A stretch of 64,000 bases of DNA from Gammaproteobacteria bacterium. GTDB lineage: Bacteria > Pseudomonadota > Gammaproteobacteria > Pseudomonadales > UBA5518. The notes beneath the pieces were generated by a model that was not told the DNA's origin, did no database searches, and worked only from the letters and a program-made list of their open reading frames with translations. The stretch covers positions 509,765 to 573,764 of the forward strand of contig JADKDK010000006.1 in the NCBI GenBank assembly GCA_016718385.1, read 5' to 3'. Shown here in pieces: positions 1 through 10,197 of this stretch (the stretch's first letter is position 1; each line of letters opens with the position of its first letter). The position numbers and the translations under genes are program-made.

Positions 1-2
1 GG

Positions 3-176
3 CTCGCGCCGCTCGCGGTGCGCGCGATGAAGCAGATCCTCGGCGGCATCGCGCGCGGCGACCTGGACAGCGCAGGCGCGGCCCGGCTGGCGCAGCAGTG
101 CACGCAGTCGCGCGACCTGCAGGAGGGACTCGTGGCGCAACGCGAGAAACGCGCGCCGCGTTTCACCGGGGAATGA
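3..176 (+). CDS. enoyl-CoA hydratase/isomerase (crotonase) family protein, C-terminal fragment; 5' end outside window
   Basis: Frame open from window edge to TGA 174-176. The tail ..SRDLQEGLVAQREKRAPRFTGE resembles the usual crotonase-family C-terminus. Confidence 0.4.
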   Translation, partial: LAPLAVRAMKQILGGIARGDLDSAGAARLAQQCTQSRDLQEGLVAQREKRAPRFTGE

Positions 177-1212
177 GCATCGCGCCGCCGCGCATGCCGC
201 GCCGGTACGCGGCCGGCGAGCGGCCGGTCCAGCTGAGGAAGGCGCGACGGAAATTCGAGACGTCGTTGTAGCCCAGCATGTCGGCGATCTCCGCGATCGA
301 GAGCATGCTGTCGCGCAGGTAGGTCTCGGCGAGCTGGCGCCTCAACTCGTGCACGATGCGCTGGTAGTTCGTGCCCTCCTCGTCGAGCCGCCGGCGCAGC
401 GTGCGCGGGCTCACGTGCAGGTGGTCGGCGGCCTCCTCGAACGGGGGAAAGCGCCCCGGCGTCGCCAGCAGGTACTTGCGGATGTCGGTGGTGTAGCCGT
501 CGCTGCGGTTGAGCGCGGCCAGCAGCTCGTCGCATTGCTGGCGGTAGAGTTTCAGCAGCGTGGGATTGGCGAACTGCAGCGGCACATCCAGATAGCGCCG
601 GTCCACCGCGAGCCGGCTGTCGGGTGCATCGAAGCGCACGTCCCGGCAGATGAGGCGGTGATACTCCTCGCCATACCCCGGATCGGGATAGGCGAGCGTG
701 ACGCTGAGCGCGTCATCGGACAGCGCGCACAGCCGGCGCAGCGAGGCTGCCGCCGCCGCGAAGAAGATCTCGCAGTCGGCCGGCTCCGCCGCCTCGTGCA
801 GCATGCCTCCGACCAGGCGGATCGAGACCGCCTCGCGCGCGGATTCGACCTCGATGCGGAAACTGCCGCTGATCAGGCGGTGATAATGTCCCATCACCTC
901 CATCAACTCCTGCACGTTGCGGCAGCACATCAGCGCGTAGCCGAGCTCGCCGAGCGCGGCCACAGAGATGCGGCTGCCGAAATGCAGCGCGAAACCCGGA
1001 TCGCCGGAACGGCGCAGGCAGTTCTCCAGCATGCGCGTCTGGTCGCGCAGCGAGATGCGGGTATCGGGCGCACCGAGCGCTCCCTCGTCGATCGAGGTGC
1101 CCTCCAGCACCTCGGACGGGGTGATGCCGAAATCGGCGGCGACCTCGACCATGATCGCCCCGATCGGCGCGGGCAGGTCGTGGCGCGGAACCCTCAGGCG
1201 ATGCACCATCAT
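163..1212 (-). CDS. AraC/XylS-family transcriptional regulator
   Basis: ORF 163..1341 with a C-terminal double HTH (..SPRTLRRRLDEEGTNYQRIVHELR.. / ..IAEIADMLGYNDVSNFRRAFLSWTGRSPAAYRR). Start moved to ATG 1212 (MMVHRL..) so it does not run over the divergent neighbour's start. Confidence 0.8.
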   Translation of the reverse strand: MMVHRLRVPRHDLPAPIGAIMVEVAADFGITPSEVLEGTSIDEGALGAPDTRISLRDQTRMLENCLRRSGDPGFALHFGSRISVAALGELGYALMCCRNVQELMEVMGHYHRLISGSFRIEVESAREAVSIRLVGGMLHEAAEPADCEIFFAAAAASLRRLCALSDDALSVTLAYPDPGYGEEYHRLICRDVRFDAPDSRLAVDRRYLDVPLQFANPTLLKLYRQQCDELLAALNRSDGYTTDIRKYLLATPGRFPPFEEAADHLHVSPRTLRRRLDEEGTNYQRIVHELRRQLAETYLRDSMLSIAEIADMLGYNDVSNFRRAFLSWTGRSPAAYRRGMRGGAMLIPR

Positions 1213-1339
1213 TGGCCCCGATTGACCATTTTGTGGCACAAGATAACCTTGTTCCGGCGGCGCCGGCAACCAACAATCTGTGCACTCCGATCCCGGTCGG
1301 ACACCAGACAGAAAAACAGTCATCGTGGAGGAGTTTCCC

Positions 1340-2431
1340 ATGGGCGTTCAATTCGTCATCGACACCCCGAGCGAAGTCCGTTACTTCGACCAGGAAGCCG
1401 CGCGCATGGACGCGGGCACCGCGCAGCAGGTCGCCGAGATCTTCCAGACTCCGCTGACCGGCAGTTACAACTGGGACTACCGCGTCCAGGACGACCGCAT
1501 CAAAAAGCTCTACGAACTGGGCAAGCAGCTCAACTGGAACGTCGAGACCGACATCGACTGGGGCAAGCGGCGCACGCGTCTCACGCCCGAGCAGCGCGAC
1601 GCGATCGTCGCCTTCAAGGGCTACGGCCCCTACGAAGCGCTCAGCGAGGAACAGAAGCAGGAGTTCGCCGAGCACGAGAATGTATGGACGCTGTCGCAGT
1701 TCCTGCACGGCGAACAGGGCGCGCTGCTCGTGGCCTCGCAGCTCACGAGCTGCGCGCCGACGCTGAACGCCAAACTCTACGCGGCTTCGCAGACCTTCGA
1801 CGAGGCTCGCCACGTCGAGGTCTTCAACAAGTACCTGCAGACCAAGGCAGGTTATATGTACCCGGTGGATCCGGCGCTGAAGAGCCTGCTCGACAAGATC
1901 CTCACCGATCCGCGCTGGGACCTGAAGTTCATCGGCATGCAGCTGATCATCGAGGGGCTGGCGCTGTCGGCCTTCACCACGATGAAGGCCACCACGCCCA
2001 AGGGCGAGCTGCTGAACGACGTGGTCGAGCTGGTGCTGCGCGACGAAGCGCGCCACGTGACTTTCGGCATCAACTATCTCGAGGAGCATCTCAAGAACCT
2101 GAGCGAGGCCGAACGCGAGGAGCGCGCGCGCTTCGCCTACGAGGCCTGCGTGGTGGCGCGCGAGCGCATGATCCCGAAGGACGTGTTCCACCACTGGGGC
2201 TGGAACGTCGAGGAGGCGCGGCGCATCTACCTGGAAGGCGAGTTCCGCCAGATGTTCCGCAACCTGATGTTCATGCGCGTGATGCCGAACCTGCGCCGCA
2301 TCGGGCTGCTGACCGACTCGGTGCGTCCGCTGTTCGAACAGCTCGGGATGCTCGAGTACGAGAACCTGAAGGACGACGGCGACATCGACTGGGCCGAGCT
2401 GTCGCGGCCGCTGTTCACCACCGCCGCCTGA
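1340..2431 (+). CDS. ferritin-like diiron-carboxylate protein (AurF-like diiron oxygenase family)
   Basis: ORF 1280..2431. ATG 1340 is preceded by GGAGGAG. Two E...DEARH motifs (LHGEQGAL ... FDEARHVEVF; IIEGLALS ... RDEARHVTFG) are typical of soluble diiron oxygenases. Confidence 0.6.
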   Translation: MGVQFVIDTPSEVRYFDQEAARMDAGTAQQVAEIFQTPLTGSYNWDYRVQDDRIKKLYELGKQLNWNVETDIDWGKRRTRLTPEQRDAIVAFKGYGPYEALSEEQKQEFAEHENVWTLSQFLHGEQGALLVASQLTSCAPTLNAKLYAASQTFDEARHVEVFNKYLQTKAGYMYPVDPALKSLLDKILTDPRWDLKFIGMQLIIEGLALSAFTTMKATTPKGELLNDVVELVLRDEARHVTFGINYLEEHLKNLSEAEREERARFAYEACVVARERMIPKDVFHHWGWNVEEARRIYLEGEFRQMFRNLMFMRVMPNLRRIGLLTDSVRPLFEQLGMLEYENLKDDGDIDWAELSRPLFTTAA

Positions 2432-2435
2432 GGTT

Positions 2436-3221
2436 TCAGTCCGGCGCACCGTCGAGCCGGAACGCATCCGCATCGAGGTGCGCCGGGAATTTCTCCCGGC
2501 ACTGAGCCAGCGTTTGCGCCGCGAGCGTCACGCGGTGCACGCCCGCGGCGCTGCCGGCATCCAGCGCCAGCCGGCCCCACGGGTCGATCACCAGGCTGTC
2601 ACCGGCATACTCGATGCCCTCGCCGTCGACGCCGGTGCGGTTCACCCCGATCACCCAGGCCTGGTTCTCGATCGCGCGCGCGACGAGCAGCGCGCGCCAG
2701 TGCTCGCGCCGGCGCGCCGGCCAGTTCGCCACGTACAGCAGCGCGTCGTAGTCGCCGCGGTTGCGGCTCCACACCGGGAAGCGCAGGTCGTAGCAGACCT
2801 GCGGGCACAGCCGCCAGCCCTGCCATTCGATCACGCGCCGCTCGCTGCCCGGCACATAGCCGTGATGCTCGCCGGCCATGCGGAACAGGTGGCGCTTGTC
2901 GTAGTGCTCGAGTCCAGCGTCCGGGCGCGCGAACAGGAAGCGGTTGCGAAACGCCCCGCCCTCGGCGATCGCGAGGCTGCCGGCGATCGCACAACCGTGC
3001 AGTGCCGCCTGCTCGCGCAGCCAGCCCACCGTGGGGCCATCCATGCCCTCGGCACAGCCGGCGGGTTCCATCGTGAAGCCGGTGGCGAACATCTCGGGCA
3101 GCAGCACCACCAGCGCGCTGCCGGCGGCTGCCGGCAGCAGGCAGGCGAATTGCGCGCGATTGGCCGGCGCGTCCTGCCACGCGAGATCCTGCTGCAAGAT
3201 CGTGACGCTCAGATCCTGCAT
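2436..3221 (-). CDS. omega-amidase / carbon-nitrogen hydrolase (nitrilase superfamily, YafV-like)
   Basis: C-terminal 261 aa of ORF 2436..4394, starting MQDLSVTILQQDLAWQD. Catalytic-type motifs are LPEMF..., ..YDKRHLF.., ..CPQVCYDLRFP. The start overlaps the upstream aminotransferase stop by 13 nt. Confidence 0.8.
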   Translation of the reverse strand: MQDLSVTILQQDLAWQDAPANRAQFACLLPAAAGSALVVLLPEMFATGFTMEPAGCAEGMDGPTVGWLREQAALHGCAIAGSLAIAEGGAFRNRFLFARPDAGLEHYDKRHLFRMAGEHHGYVPGSERRVIEWQGWRLCPQVCYDLRFPVWSRNRGDYDALLYVANWPARRREHWRALLVARAIENQAWVIGVNRTGVDGEGIEYAGDSLVIDPWGRLALDAGSAAGVHRVTLAAQTLAQCREKFPAHLDADAFRLDGAPD

Positions 3222-4327
3222 AGCAACTCCGCGGCGCGCACCAGCGTCTCGTCCTGCTTTGCGAAACAGAAACGCAGCAGCCGCAGGCGCGGCGGGCGCT
3301 CGTAGAACACCGACACCGGGATCGCGGCGACGCCGTGACGGCTGACGAGTTCCTCGGCCATGGCCACGTCGTCCGCGTCGCCGATACCGGAATAGTCGAG
3401 CAGCTGGAAATAGGTGCCCGCGCAGGGCAGCGCGCGCCAGCGCGAGCCGGCGAGCAGGCGGCGGAACAGGTCGCGCTTGGCCTGGTAGAAAGCGGGCAAC
3501 AGGTCCACGTGAGCCGGTGCCTCGGCCATGAAATCCGCCAGCGCGTGCTGGATGGGCGTGACCGCCACGAAGGTCACGAACTGGTGCACGCGGCGGAACT
3601 CGCGGGTCAGCGCCGGCGGCGCCACGCAGTAGCCGGTCTTCCAGCCGGTGGCATGCAAGGTCTTGCCGAAGGAGAACACCGCGAAAGCGCGTTCGGCCAG
3701 CACCGGCCGCGCCAGCACGCTGTGGTGCGCCGCACCGTCGTAGACCAGGTGTTCGTAGACCTCGTCGGAAAGCACCAGCAGGCCATGCTCCTGCACCAGT
3801 TTCTCGAGACGATCGAGGTCGGCCGCGCCGAGCACGCTGCCAGTGGGATTGTGCGGTGAATTGATCACGATCATCCGTGTGCGCGGCGTGACCGCCCCGG
3901 CCACGCGCTGCCAGTCGATGGCGAAGTCCGGAGGCAGCAAGGGGATGCGAACGGCGCGTCCGCCCGCCAGCCGCACCGAGGGTTCGTAGCTGTCGTAGCT
4001 CGGATCGAACAGGATCACTTCGTCGCCCGCTCCCACCGTCGCCATGATCGCGCAGAAGATGGCCTCGGTCGCGCCCGGGACCACCGTCACGGCGTCGTCC
4101 GGATCGACGTTGCAGCCATGGCAGCGCGCGATCTTCAGCGCGATCTGCTCGCGCAAGGCCAGCACGCCCGCCATCGGCGCGTACTGGTTTCGCCCGGCGG
4201 CGACGTGGCGCGCCAGCGCCTCGCCGAGACCGGCCGGCAGGGCGAAATCGGGGAATCCCTGCGACAGGTTGATCGCGCCGTGCTCCTCGGCCTTGCGCGA
4301 CATCACCGTGAATATCGTGGTGCCCAC
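3209..4327 (-). CDS. PLP-dependent aminotransferase, YbdL/glutamine-transaminase-K-like (methionine aminotransferase type)
   Basis: ORF 3209..4327 (GTG start). GTTIFTVMSRKAEEHGAINLSQGFPDF matches the YbdL N-terminus; also ..NSPHNPTG.. and SFGKT (PLP lysine). Confidence 0.8.
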   Translation of the reverse strand: MGTTIFTVMSRKAEEHGAINLSQGFPDFALPAGLGEALARHVAAGRNQYAPMAGVLALREQIALKIARCHGCNVDPDDAVTVVPGATEAIFCAIMATVGAGDEVILFDPSYDSYEPSVRLAGGRAVRIPLLPPDFAIDWQRVAGAVTPRTRMIVINSPHNPTGSVLGAADLDRLEKLVQEHGLLVLSDEVYEHLVYDGAAHHSVLARPVLAERAFAVFSFGKTLHATGWKTGYCVAPPALTREFRRVHQFVTFVAVTPIQHALADFMAEAPAHVDLLPAFYQAKRDLFRRLLAGSRWRALPCAGTYFQLLDYSGIGDADDVAMAEELVSRHGVAAIPVSVFYERPPRLRLLRFCFAKQDETLVRAAELLCRI

Positions 4328-4581
4328 GTCGGGCAGCTTGACGGCTTGCTCCGGCCGCGAACGGCACTGGCGCAGGGGAAGTCATCGCTGGCACTCCTCG
4401 ATGCGGATGCCGCGGGAAGGCGCCATGACGCTACCACGCCGCCGGGCGGCGGGGAACATCCGGCGCGCCGCGGCGCGGGTTGACGCCGCCGCGGCGGCCG
4501 CGACAGTGCCGTCTCCACGCCGGCACGATCGCCGGCCACCATGCCAGCCGCCGCGCGCGATCCGGGGACAAGCCATGATCC

Positions 4582-6122
4582 ATGCCCGCCAGCTGCGTCG
4601 CCCTGCTGCTCGCCCTCGCCGGCGCCGCAATGGCCTGCGGCGACGCTCCGGCGCCGCGCGACGCGACCGCCGATGACTGGGCCGCCAGGGGAGCAAGCGC
4701 GCTCGCCGAGTCGCGGGCCCTGTTCCCCGGCATGCCGGAGCGCGCGCGCAACGTGATCCTGTTCGTCGGCGACGGCATGGGCATCACCACGATCACCGCC
4801 GCGCGCATCCTCGAGGGGCAGCAGAAGGGCGGCAGCGGCGAGGACAATTCGCTCGCCTTCGAGCGGCTGCCGTTCGTCGCGCTGTCCAAGACCTACTCCG
4901 CGAACCAGCAGACGCCCGACTCCGCGCCGACCATGAGCGCGATGATGACCGGCATCAAGACCAATGACGGCGTGATCAGCATCGCCGCCACGGTGCCGCA
5001 CGGCGAGCCCGCGCGCGAGGCGGTCGCGGCTGCCGAGCAACCCACGCTGCTCGAACTCGCCGAGGGCGCCGGGCTCGCGACGGGCGTGGTCAGTACCGCG
5101 CGGCTCACGCACGCCACACCCGCGGCCTGCTACGCGCACACCTCCGCGCGCGACTGGGAGGCCGACAGCGACCGCCCCGCCGATGCGACGGTGCCGGACA
5201 TCGCCGCGCAGCTGATCGACCGCTTCGGGCCCGGTGGCATCGGTGACGGGCTCGAGGTGGCGCTCGGGGGCGGCCGCGAGAAGTTCCTCCCGGCGCGCAC
5301 GCGCGACCCCGAGGATCGCGGCGAGCGCGGCGTGCGCCGCGACGGGCGCGACCTGACGCGCGAATGGCGACGCAAGTTCGGCGGATCGTTCGTCCACGAC
5401 CGCGCCGGCTTCGAGGCCATCGATCCCGCGCGCAGCACGCACCTGCTGGGGCTGTTCGAGCGTTCGCACATGGAGTACGAGGCCGGCCGCGCGCGCGACA
5501 CCGGCGGCGAGCCCTCGCTGGCCGAGATGACGGCCAAGGCCATCGACATCCTCGCGCGCAACCCGCGCGGCTGGTTCCTGATGGTCGAGGGCGGGCGCAT
5601 CGACCACGGCCACCACGCCGGCAATGCGTACCGCGCTCTCACCGACACGATCGCGCTGTCCGACGCGGTGCGTGCGGCACTGGCGAAGGTGGACCTGCGC
5701 GAGACGCTGGTGATCGTCACTGCCGACCACAGCCACGTGTTCACGATGGCCGGCTACCCGGCACGTGGCAACCCGATCCTCGGCAAGGTCGTGGAGCCGG
5801 GCGCGAGCGCGCCCGCGCTCGCCGCCGACGGCAAGCCCTACACCACGCTCGGCTATGCCAATGGCGCCGGCCTGCATGACGGTGCCACGGGCGCGGCGCC
5901 CTACCCGCGCGGCCGCGGCAGCGGGCCGCGTCGCAGGACCTGGCAGCGGTCGACACCACGCACGCGGATTTTCACCAGGAGGCGCTGGTGCCACTGGAGT
6001 CCGAGACCCACGGCGGCGAGGACGTCGCGATCTTCGCCGGCGGCCCCTCGGCGCAACACTTCCACGGCGTGCAGGAGCAGAGCTACGTGTTCCACGTGAT
6101 GCGCGCCGCGCTGGGGCTGTGA
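4582..6122 (+). pseudogene. alkaline phosphatase (PhoA family), frameshifted near 5923 as sequenced
   Basis: ORF 4582..6099 has NVILFVGDGMGITT, DSAPTMSAMMTG and TADHSH. The conserved C-terminal block DLAAVDTTHADFHQEALVPLESETHGGEDVAIFAGGPSAQHFHGVQEQSYVFHVMRAALGL* continues in another frame to TGA 6120-6122. Total length is 1541 nt, one base short of a multiple of 3. Confidence 0.85.
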
Positions 6123-6126
6123 GGCG

Positions 6127-6978
6127 ATGCTGCGCGAGGCTCCCCGTATTCTCTGTCTGGCGACGCTGCGCGCCGCGCCGCTCGCGGAGCTGGTCGGTGC
6201 CGCGGCGCTGGCGGGCTTTGCGGGCGTCACACTGCGCCGCCACCACGTCGAACAGGCGCGCGCGGCGGGTCTCGGCGACGAGGCAATCCGCGAACTGCTG
6301 CGACAGCTGCCTCTGGGCGCGGTCATGGCCGAGGCGTTGACGCGCTGGCCGGCGGACGTGGCGCGCGACAGCGTGGCGGCGGCACAGGCGCGCGCGCTGT
6401 TCGAATGCGCCGTTGCGCTGGACACCCTGGACACCTGCGCGGTGCTGCTGGACGGCACACCGTGGCCGCGCGAGCAACTGGTGCGAGCCTTCCGCTCGCT
6501 GTGCCGGATGGCGGCGGGCTACGGCCTGCGCGTGGCGCTGGAATTCGTGCCGTGGTCGGTGATCGGCAACCTCGAGGCGGCCATCGACCTCATCGAGCGC
6601 GCCGGCTGCGCCAACGGCGGCCTGCTGCTCGACAGCTGGCACTGGGCGCGAGCCAACACCCGCGACGAGGCACCCGGCGCCCTCGACCCCGCGCGCGTCT
6701 TCATGTTGCAGCTCAGTGATGCGCCGGCCACACCGGCCGCGGACCTCTGGCACGAGACCCTGCACGAGCGGCTGCTGCCCGGCGCCGGGACCATCGATCT
6801 CGCTCGCCTTCTCGCCGCGCTCGAACGACGCGGCGTCGCCTGCCCGCTCGCGGCCGAGGTCTTCAGCGACCGCCTCGCCGCCCTGGATCCCGCGCTGGCT
6901 GCACGCGAACTCGCCGCGAGCCTGGAGGGCCTACTTTCACCAAAACCGGCCCGTGAGGCGGACGCCCCCAGCCCGTAG
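6127..6978 (+). CDS. sugar phosphate isomerase/epimerase (xylose-isomerase-like TIM barrel)
   Basis: ORF 6127..6978. ..LRVALEFVPWS..GGLLLDSWHWARAN..LQLSD.. is the family pattern. It starts 4 nt after the repaired phosphatase stop. Confidence 0.65.
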   Translation: MLREAPRILCLATLRAAPLAELVGAAALAGFAGVTLRRHHVEQARAAGLGDEAIRELLRQLPLGAVMAEALTRWPADVARDSVAAAQARALFECAVALDTLDTCAVLLDGTPWPREQLVRAFRSLCRMAAGYGLRVALEFVPWSVIGNLEAAIDLIERAGCANGGLLLDSWHWARANTRDEAPGALDPARVFMLQLSDAPATPAADLWHETLHERLLPGAGTIDLARLLAALERRGVACPLAAEVFSDRLAALDPALAARELAASLEGLLSPKPAREADAPSP

Positions 6979-7036
6979 AATGCCCTCGCCCGCACCGCGG
7001 CTCATCATCACCCCGTGACCCTGGAGGAACCCTTCC

Positions 7037-8313
7037 GTGCGTATCGACGAAGCCGACCGCGCCACCCTCGCAGCCTGGGAAAGCGAATTCGCGGCACGCC
7101 ATGCGGCGCTGGCCGCGGCGGGATTGAAGCTCGACGTGACGCGCGGCAAGCCCAACAGCGCGCAGCTGGACCTCGCGGACCGGCTCGACGGCGTGCTGGG
7201 CGCGAACTACCGCGGCAACGACGGCACGGACCTGCGCAACTACGGCGGCCTCGACGGCATCCCGGAAGCCCGGCAGCTGTTCGCCCCGGTGCTGCAGGTG
7301 CCGGCCGACAACATGCTGGTCGGCGGCAACAGCAGCCTCACGCTGATGTGGCAATGCGCCCTGTACGGCATGCATTTCGGTTTCGAGGGTCCCGGCTCGG
7401 CCTGGCGCAACGGCGGCCCGGTGAAGTTCATCTGCCCGGTGCCGGGCTACGACCGCCATTTCGGCATCTGCGAGCACCTCGGCATCGAGATGATCACGGT
7501 GCCGATGACCGACAACGGCCCCGACATGGACGCGGTCGAGGCGCTGATCGACAGCGACCCGGCCATCCGCGGCATGTGGGTGGTGCCGCGCTTCTCGAAC
7601 CCGACCGGCGCGGTCTGCGACGAGGCGACCGTGGCGCGCTGCGCGGCGCTGGGCAAGCGCGCGGCGCGCGGCTTCCGCCTGTTCTGGGACGACGCCTACG
7701 CGGTGCACGCGCTGGATCGCGACGCACCGAGGCTCGCCCCGCTCTTCGAGGCCTGCCAACGCGCCGGCACCGGGGACAGCGTGCTGTTGTTCGGCTCGAC
7801 CTCCAAGATCACGCATGCCGGCGCGGGCGTGGCCTTCCTGGCCGCGTCGACGGCGAACCTCGACGCGATCCGCCGCCACATGGGCTTCAGCAGCATCGGG
7901 CCCGACAAGGTCAACCAGAAGCGCCACGTCGCCCTCCTGAAGGATTACGCCGGCGTGCTCGATCACATGGACCGTCACGCGGCGCTTTTGCGCCCGCGCT
8001 TCGCGGCGGTGCTCGACGCGCTGGAGCGCGAGCTCGCCGGCACCGGCATGGGCTCCTGGAGCCGGCCGCGCGGAGGCTATTTCGTGTCCTTCGACACGCG
8101 TCCCGGACTGGCGAGGGAAGTGGTGCGCCTCGCCGCGGAGGCCGGCGTCAAGCTGACCCCGGCCGGCGCCACCTTCCCCTACGGCAAGGATCCCGCGGAC
8201 AGCAATATCCGCATCGCGCCGAGTTTCCCGAGCTGGAGGAAATCGAACGCGCGATGGAAGTGTTCGTGGTGTGCGTGAAACTGGCTAGCGTGCGGCAGCG
8301 GCTGGCTGCGTGA
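7037..8313 (+). pseudogene. class I/II PLP aminotransferase (aspartate-aminotransferase-like), frameshifted at 8227-8229 as sequenced
   Basis: ORF 7037..8278 (..RGKPNSAQLDL.., ..RFSNPTG.., ..FGSTSKIT..). The conserved tail ELEEIERAMEVFVVCVKLASVRQRLAA* is in the +2 frame, ending at 8313. Length is 1277 nt. Confidence 0.8.
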
Positions 8314-8332
8314 CCTGCCCGGACCCACGGGA

Positions 8333-8376
<44 letters not shown>

Positions 8377-8730
8377 TCAGCCGTCACCCGGCGGCTCGCC
8401 GCCGAACTGCGGGCGCATGCCCGGCAGCGGGAAGGCCATGACCTTGCCGTCGCTGCCCTTGGACTCGCGGATCCTGACCGAGCCTTCCTTCTCGACCTCG
8501 TCGATGCGGATGATCGCGTGCATCGGGATGTAGCTGCGCTTGACGCCGGCGAACTCGCTCTTCAGCTTTTCCTCGGCCGGATCGACCACGATCTGGCTGC
8601 GCTCGCCGAACACGTATTCCTCGACCTCGATGAAGCCGTAGAGATCGCTCTGGTAGATCTGCCTGGCATATAACTCGAACACCTGGTTCTGGTTCAGAAA
8701 TATGACTTTGTAGATCGGTTCGGCCGCCAT
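8377..8730 (-). CDS. DUF1820-family protein
   Basis: C-terminal 117 aa of ORF 8377..10245. [51 protein letters not shown].. is the conserved small protein found divergent from miaB in gammaproteobacteria. Confidence 0.75.
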   Translation of the reverse strand: MAAEPIYKVIFLNQNQVFELYARQIYQSDLYGFIEVEEYVFGERSQIVVDPAEEKLKSEFAGVKRSYIPMHAIIRIDEVEKEGSVRIRESKGSDGKVMAFPLPGMRPQFGGEPPGDG

Positions 8731-8814
8731 GCGCGTATCGCTCGTCGGTGGGTAAATGCAAGGGGGCGCGAAGGATACCACAGCCCCCGCCTGTGCATCG
8801 CCCGCCGCGGCCGC

Positions 8815-8820
8815 TATAAT
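8815..8820 (+). promoter_or_regulatory. possible -10 box (TATAAT) for miaB operon
   Basis: A perfect TATAAT lies 31 nt upstream of the miaB ATG in an otherwise GC-rich spacer. The -35 (TGTGCA, 17-nt spacing) is weak. Confidence 0.3.
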
Positions 8821-8850
8821 TTCAGCCCTTTTTTCGTACCCCCGACGCCC

Positions 8851-10197
8851 ATGAACGACCGTCCCGCCCGGAAAGTGTTCGTGCAGACCCACGGCTGCCA
8901 GATGAACGAGTACGACTCCGCGCGCATGCTCGACCTGCTGCGCGAGAGCCACGGCCTGCAGGCCACCGACAACGCGGACGAGGCCGACGTGCTGGTGTTG
9001 AACACCTGCTCGATCCGCGAGAAGGCGCAGGAGAAGGTGTTCCACCAGCTCGGCCGCTGGCGCAAGCTCAAGGAGGAACGCCCGGGCCTGGTGATCGGTG
9101 TCGGCGGTTGCGTGGCCAGCCAGGAAGGCGGGGCGATCGGCCGCCGCGCGCCCTACGTCGACATGGTGTTCGGCCCGCAGACCCTGCACCGGCTGCCCGA
9201 GATGCTCGACACCGCGCTCGCCGGCGAGCGCCGCGGTCCGGTGGTCGACATCAGCTTCCCCGAGATCGAGAAGTTCGACCGCCTGCCGGAGCCCTCGGTG
9301 AGCGGGGTGAGCGCCTTCGTCTCGGTGATGGAGGGCTGCAGCAAGTACTGCAGCTTCTGCGTGGTGCCCTATACGCGCGGCGAGGAAGTCAGCCGCCCGC
9401 TCGACGACGTGCTCGCCGAGATCGCGCACCTCGCCGCCCGGGGCGTGCGCGAGGTGAACCTTCTCGGGCAGAACGTCAACGCCTACCGTGGCCGCAACCA
9501 CCTGGGCGAGATCACCGACTTCGCCGAACTGCTGCACCTGGTGGCGGCCGTGGAGGGCATCGGGCGCATCCGCTACACCACCTCGCACCCGCTGGAGTTC
9601 AGCGACGCACTGGTGCAGGCCTACGCGGACATCCCGCAACTGGTCAGCCACGTGCATCTCCCGGTGCAGAGCGGCTCGGACCGCATCCTCGCGGCGATGA
9701 AGCGCAATCACACCGCGCTCGAGTACAAGTCGACCATCCGCAAGCTGCGCCGCGTGCGCCCGGATATCAGCATCTCCTCGGATTTCATCGTGGGCTTCCC
9801 CGGCGAGACGGAAAAGGACTTCGAGGACACCATGCGCCTGATCGCGGACGTGGGCTTCGACCACTCGTTCAGCTTCGTCTACAGCGCGCGCCCCGGCACG
9901 CCGGCCGCCGAGCTGCCCGACGACACGCCCGAGGAGCTCAAGAAGCAGCGCCTGGCGCTGCTGCAGGCGCGCATCAACCAGCAGGCCTTCGAGATCAGCC
10001 GGCGCATGGTCGGGCGTATCGAGCGCGTGCTGGTCACCGAGGTGTCGAAACGCGACCCGGGCCGCCTGCAGGGGCGCACGGAGAACAACCGGCTCACGCA
10101 TTTCAGCAGCGACGACACGGGCCTGATCGGGCAGTTCGTCGACGTGGAGATCACCGAGGCGCTGCCGAACTCGCTGCGCGCGGAGCGGCCCGTGTAG
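8851..10197 (+). CDS. miaB: tRNA-2-methylthio-N6-dimethylallyladenosine synthase
   Basis: ORF 8851..10197. It has [16 protein letters not shown], the radical-SAM motif [15 protein letters not shown], and a TRAM domain. Confidence 0.95.
   Translation: MNDRPARKVFVQTHGCQMNEYDSARMLDLLRESHGLQATDNADEADVLVLNTCSIREKAQEKVFHQLGRWRKLKEERPGLVIGVGGCVASQEGGAIGRRAPYVDMVFGPQTLHRLPEMLDTALAGERRGPVVDISFPEIEKFDRLPEPSVSGVSAFVSVMEGCSKYCSFCVVPYTRGEEVSRPLDDVLAEIAHLAARGVREVNLLGQNVNAYRGRNHLGEITDFAELLHLVAAVEGIGRIRYTTSHPLEFSDALVQAYADIPQLVSHVHLPVQSGSDRILAAMKRNHTALEYKSTIRKLRRVRPDISISSDFIVGFPGETEKDFEDTMRLIADVGFDHSFSFVYSARPGTPAAELPDDTPEELKKQRLALLQARINQQAFEISRRMVGRIERVLVTEVSKRDPGRLQGRTENNRLTHFSSDDTGLIGQFVDVEITEALPNSLRAERPV

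Noticed and set aside
1234-1251. Sigma54-like TGGCAC element in the AraC/diiron intergenic region.
   Set aside because: The -12 TTGC element is not at the required spacing: GG at 1235-1236 would need GC at about 1246-1247, where the sequence is AC.
349-2505. Very long alternative-frame or antisense ORFs. Examples: 349..2505, 713..2473, 4303..6765, 15199..18066, 19664..23110, 40902..43487, 54731..57157, 59525..61141, and the N-terminal two-thirds of 8377..10245 and 2436..4394.
   Set aside because: Their translations are Arg/Ala/Gly/Pro-rich with no motifs, and they overlap genes with clear family signatures. Stop codons are rare in any frame of GC-rich DNA, so these are expected artefacts.
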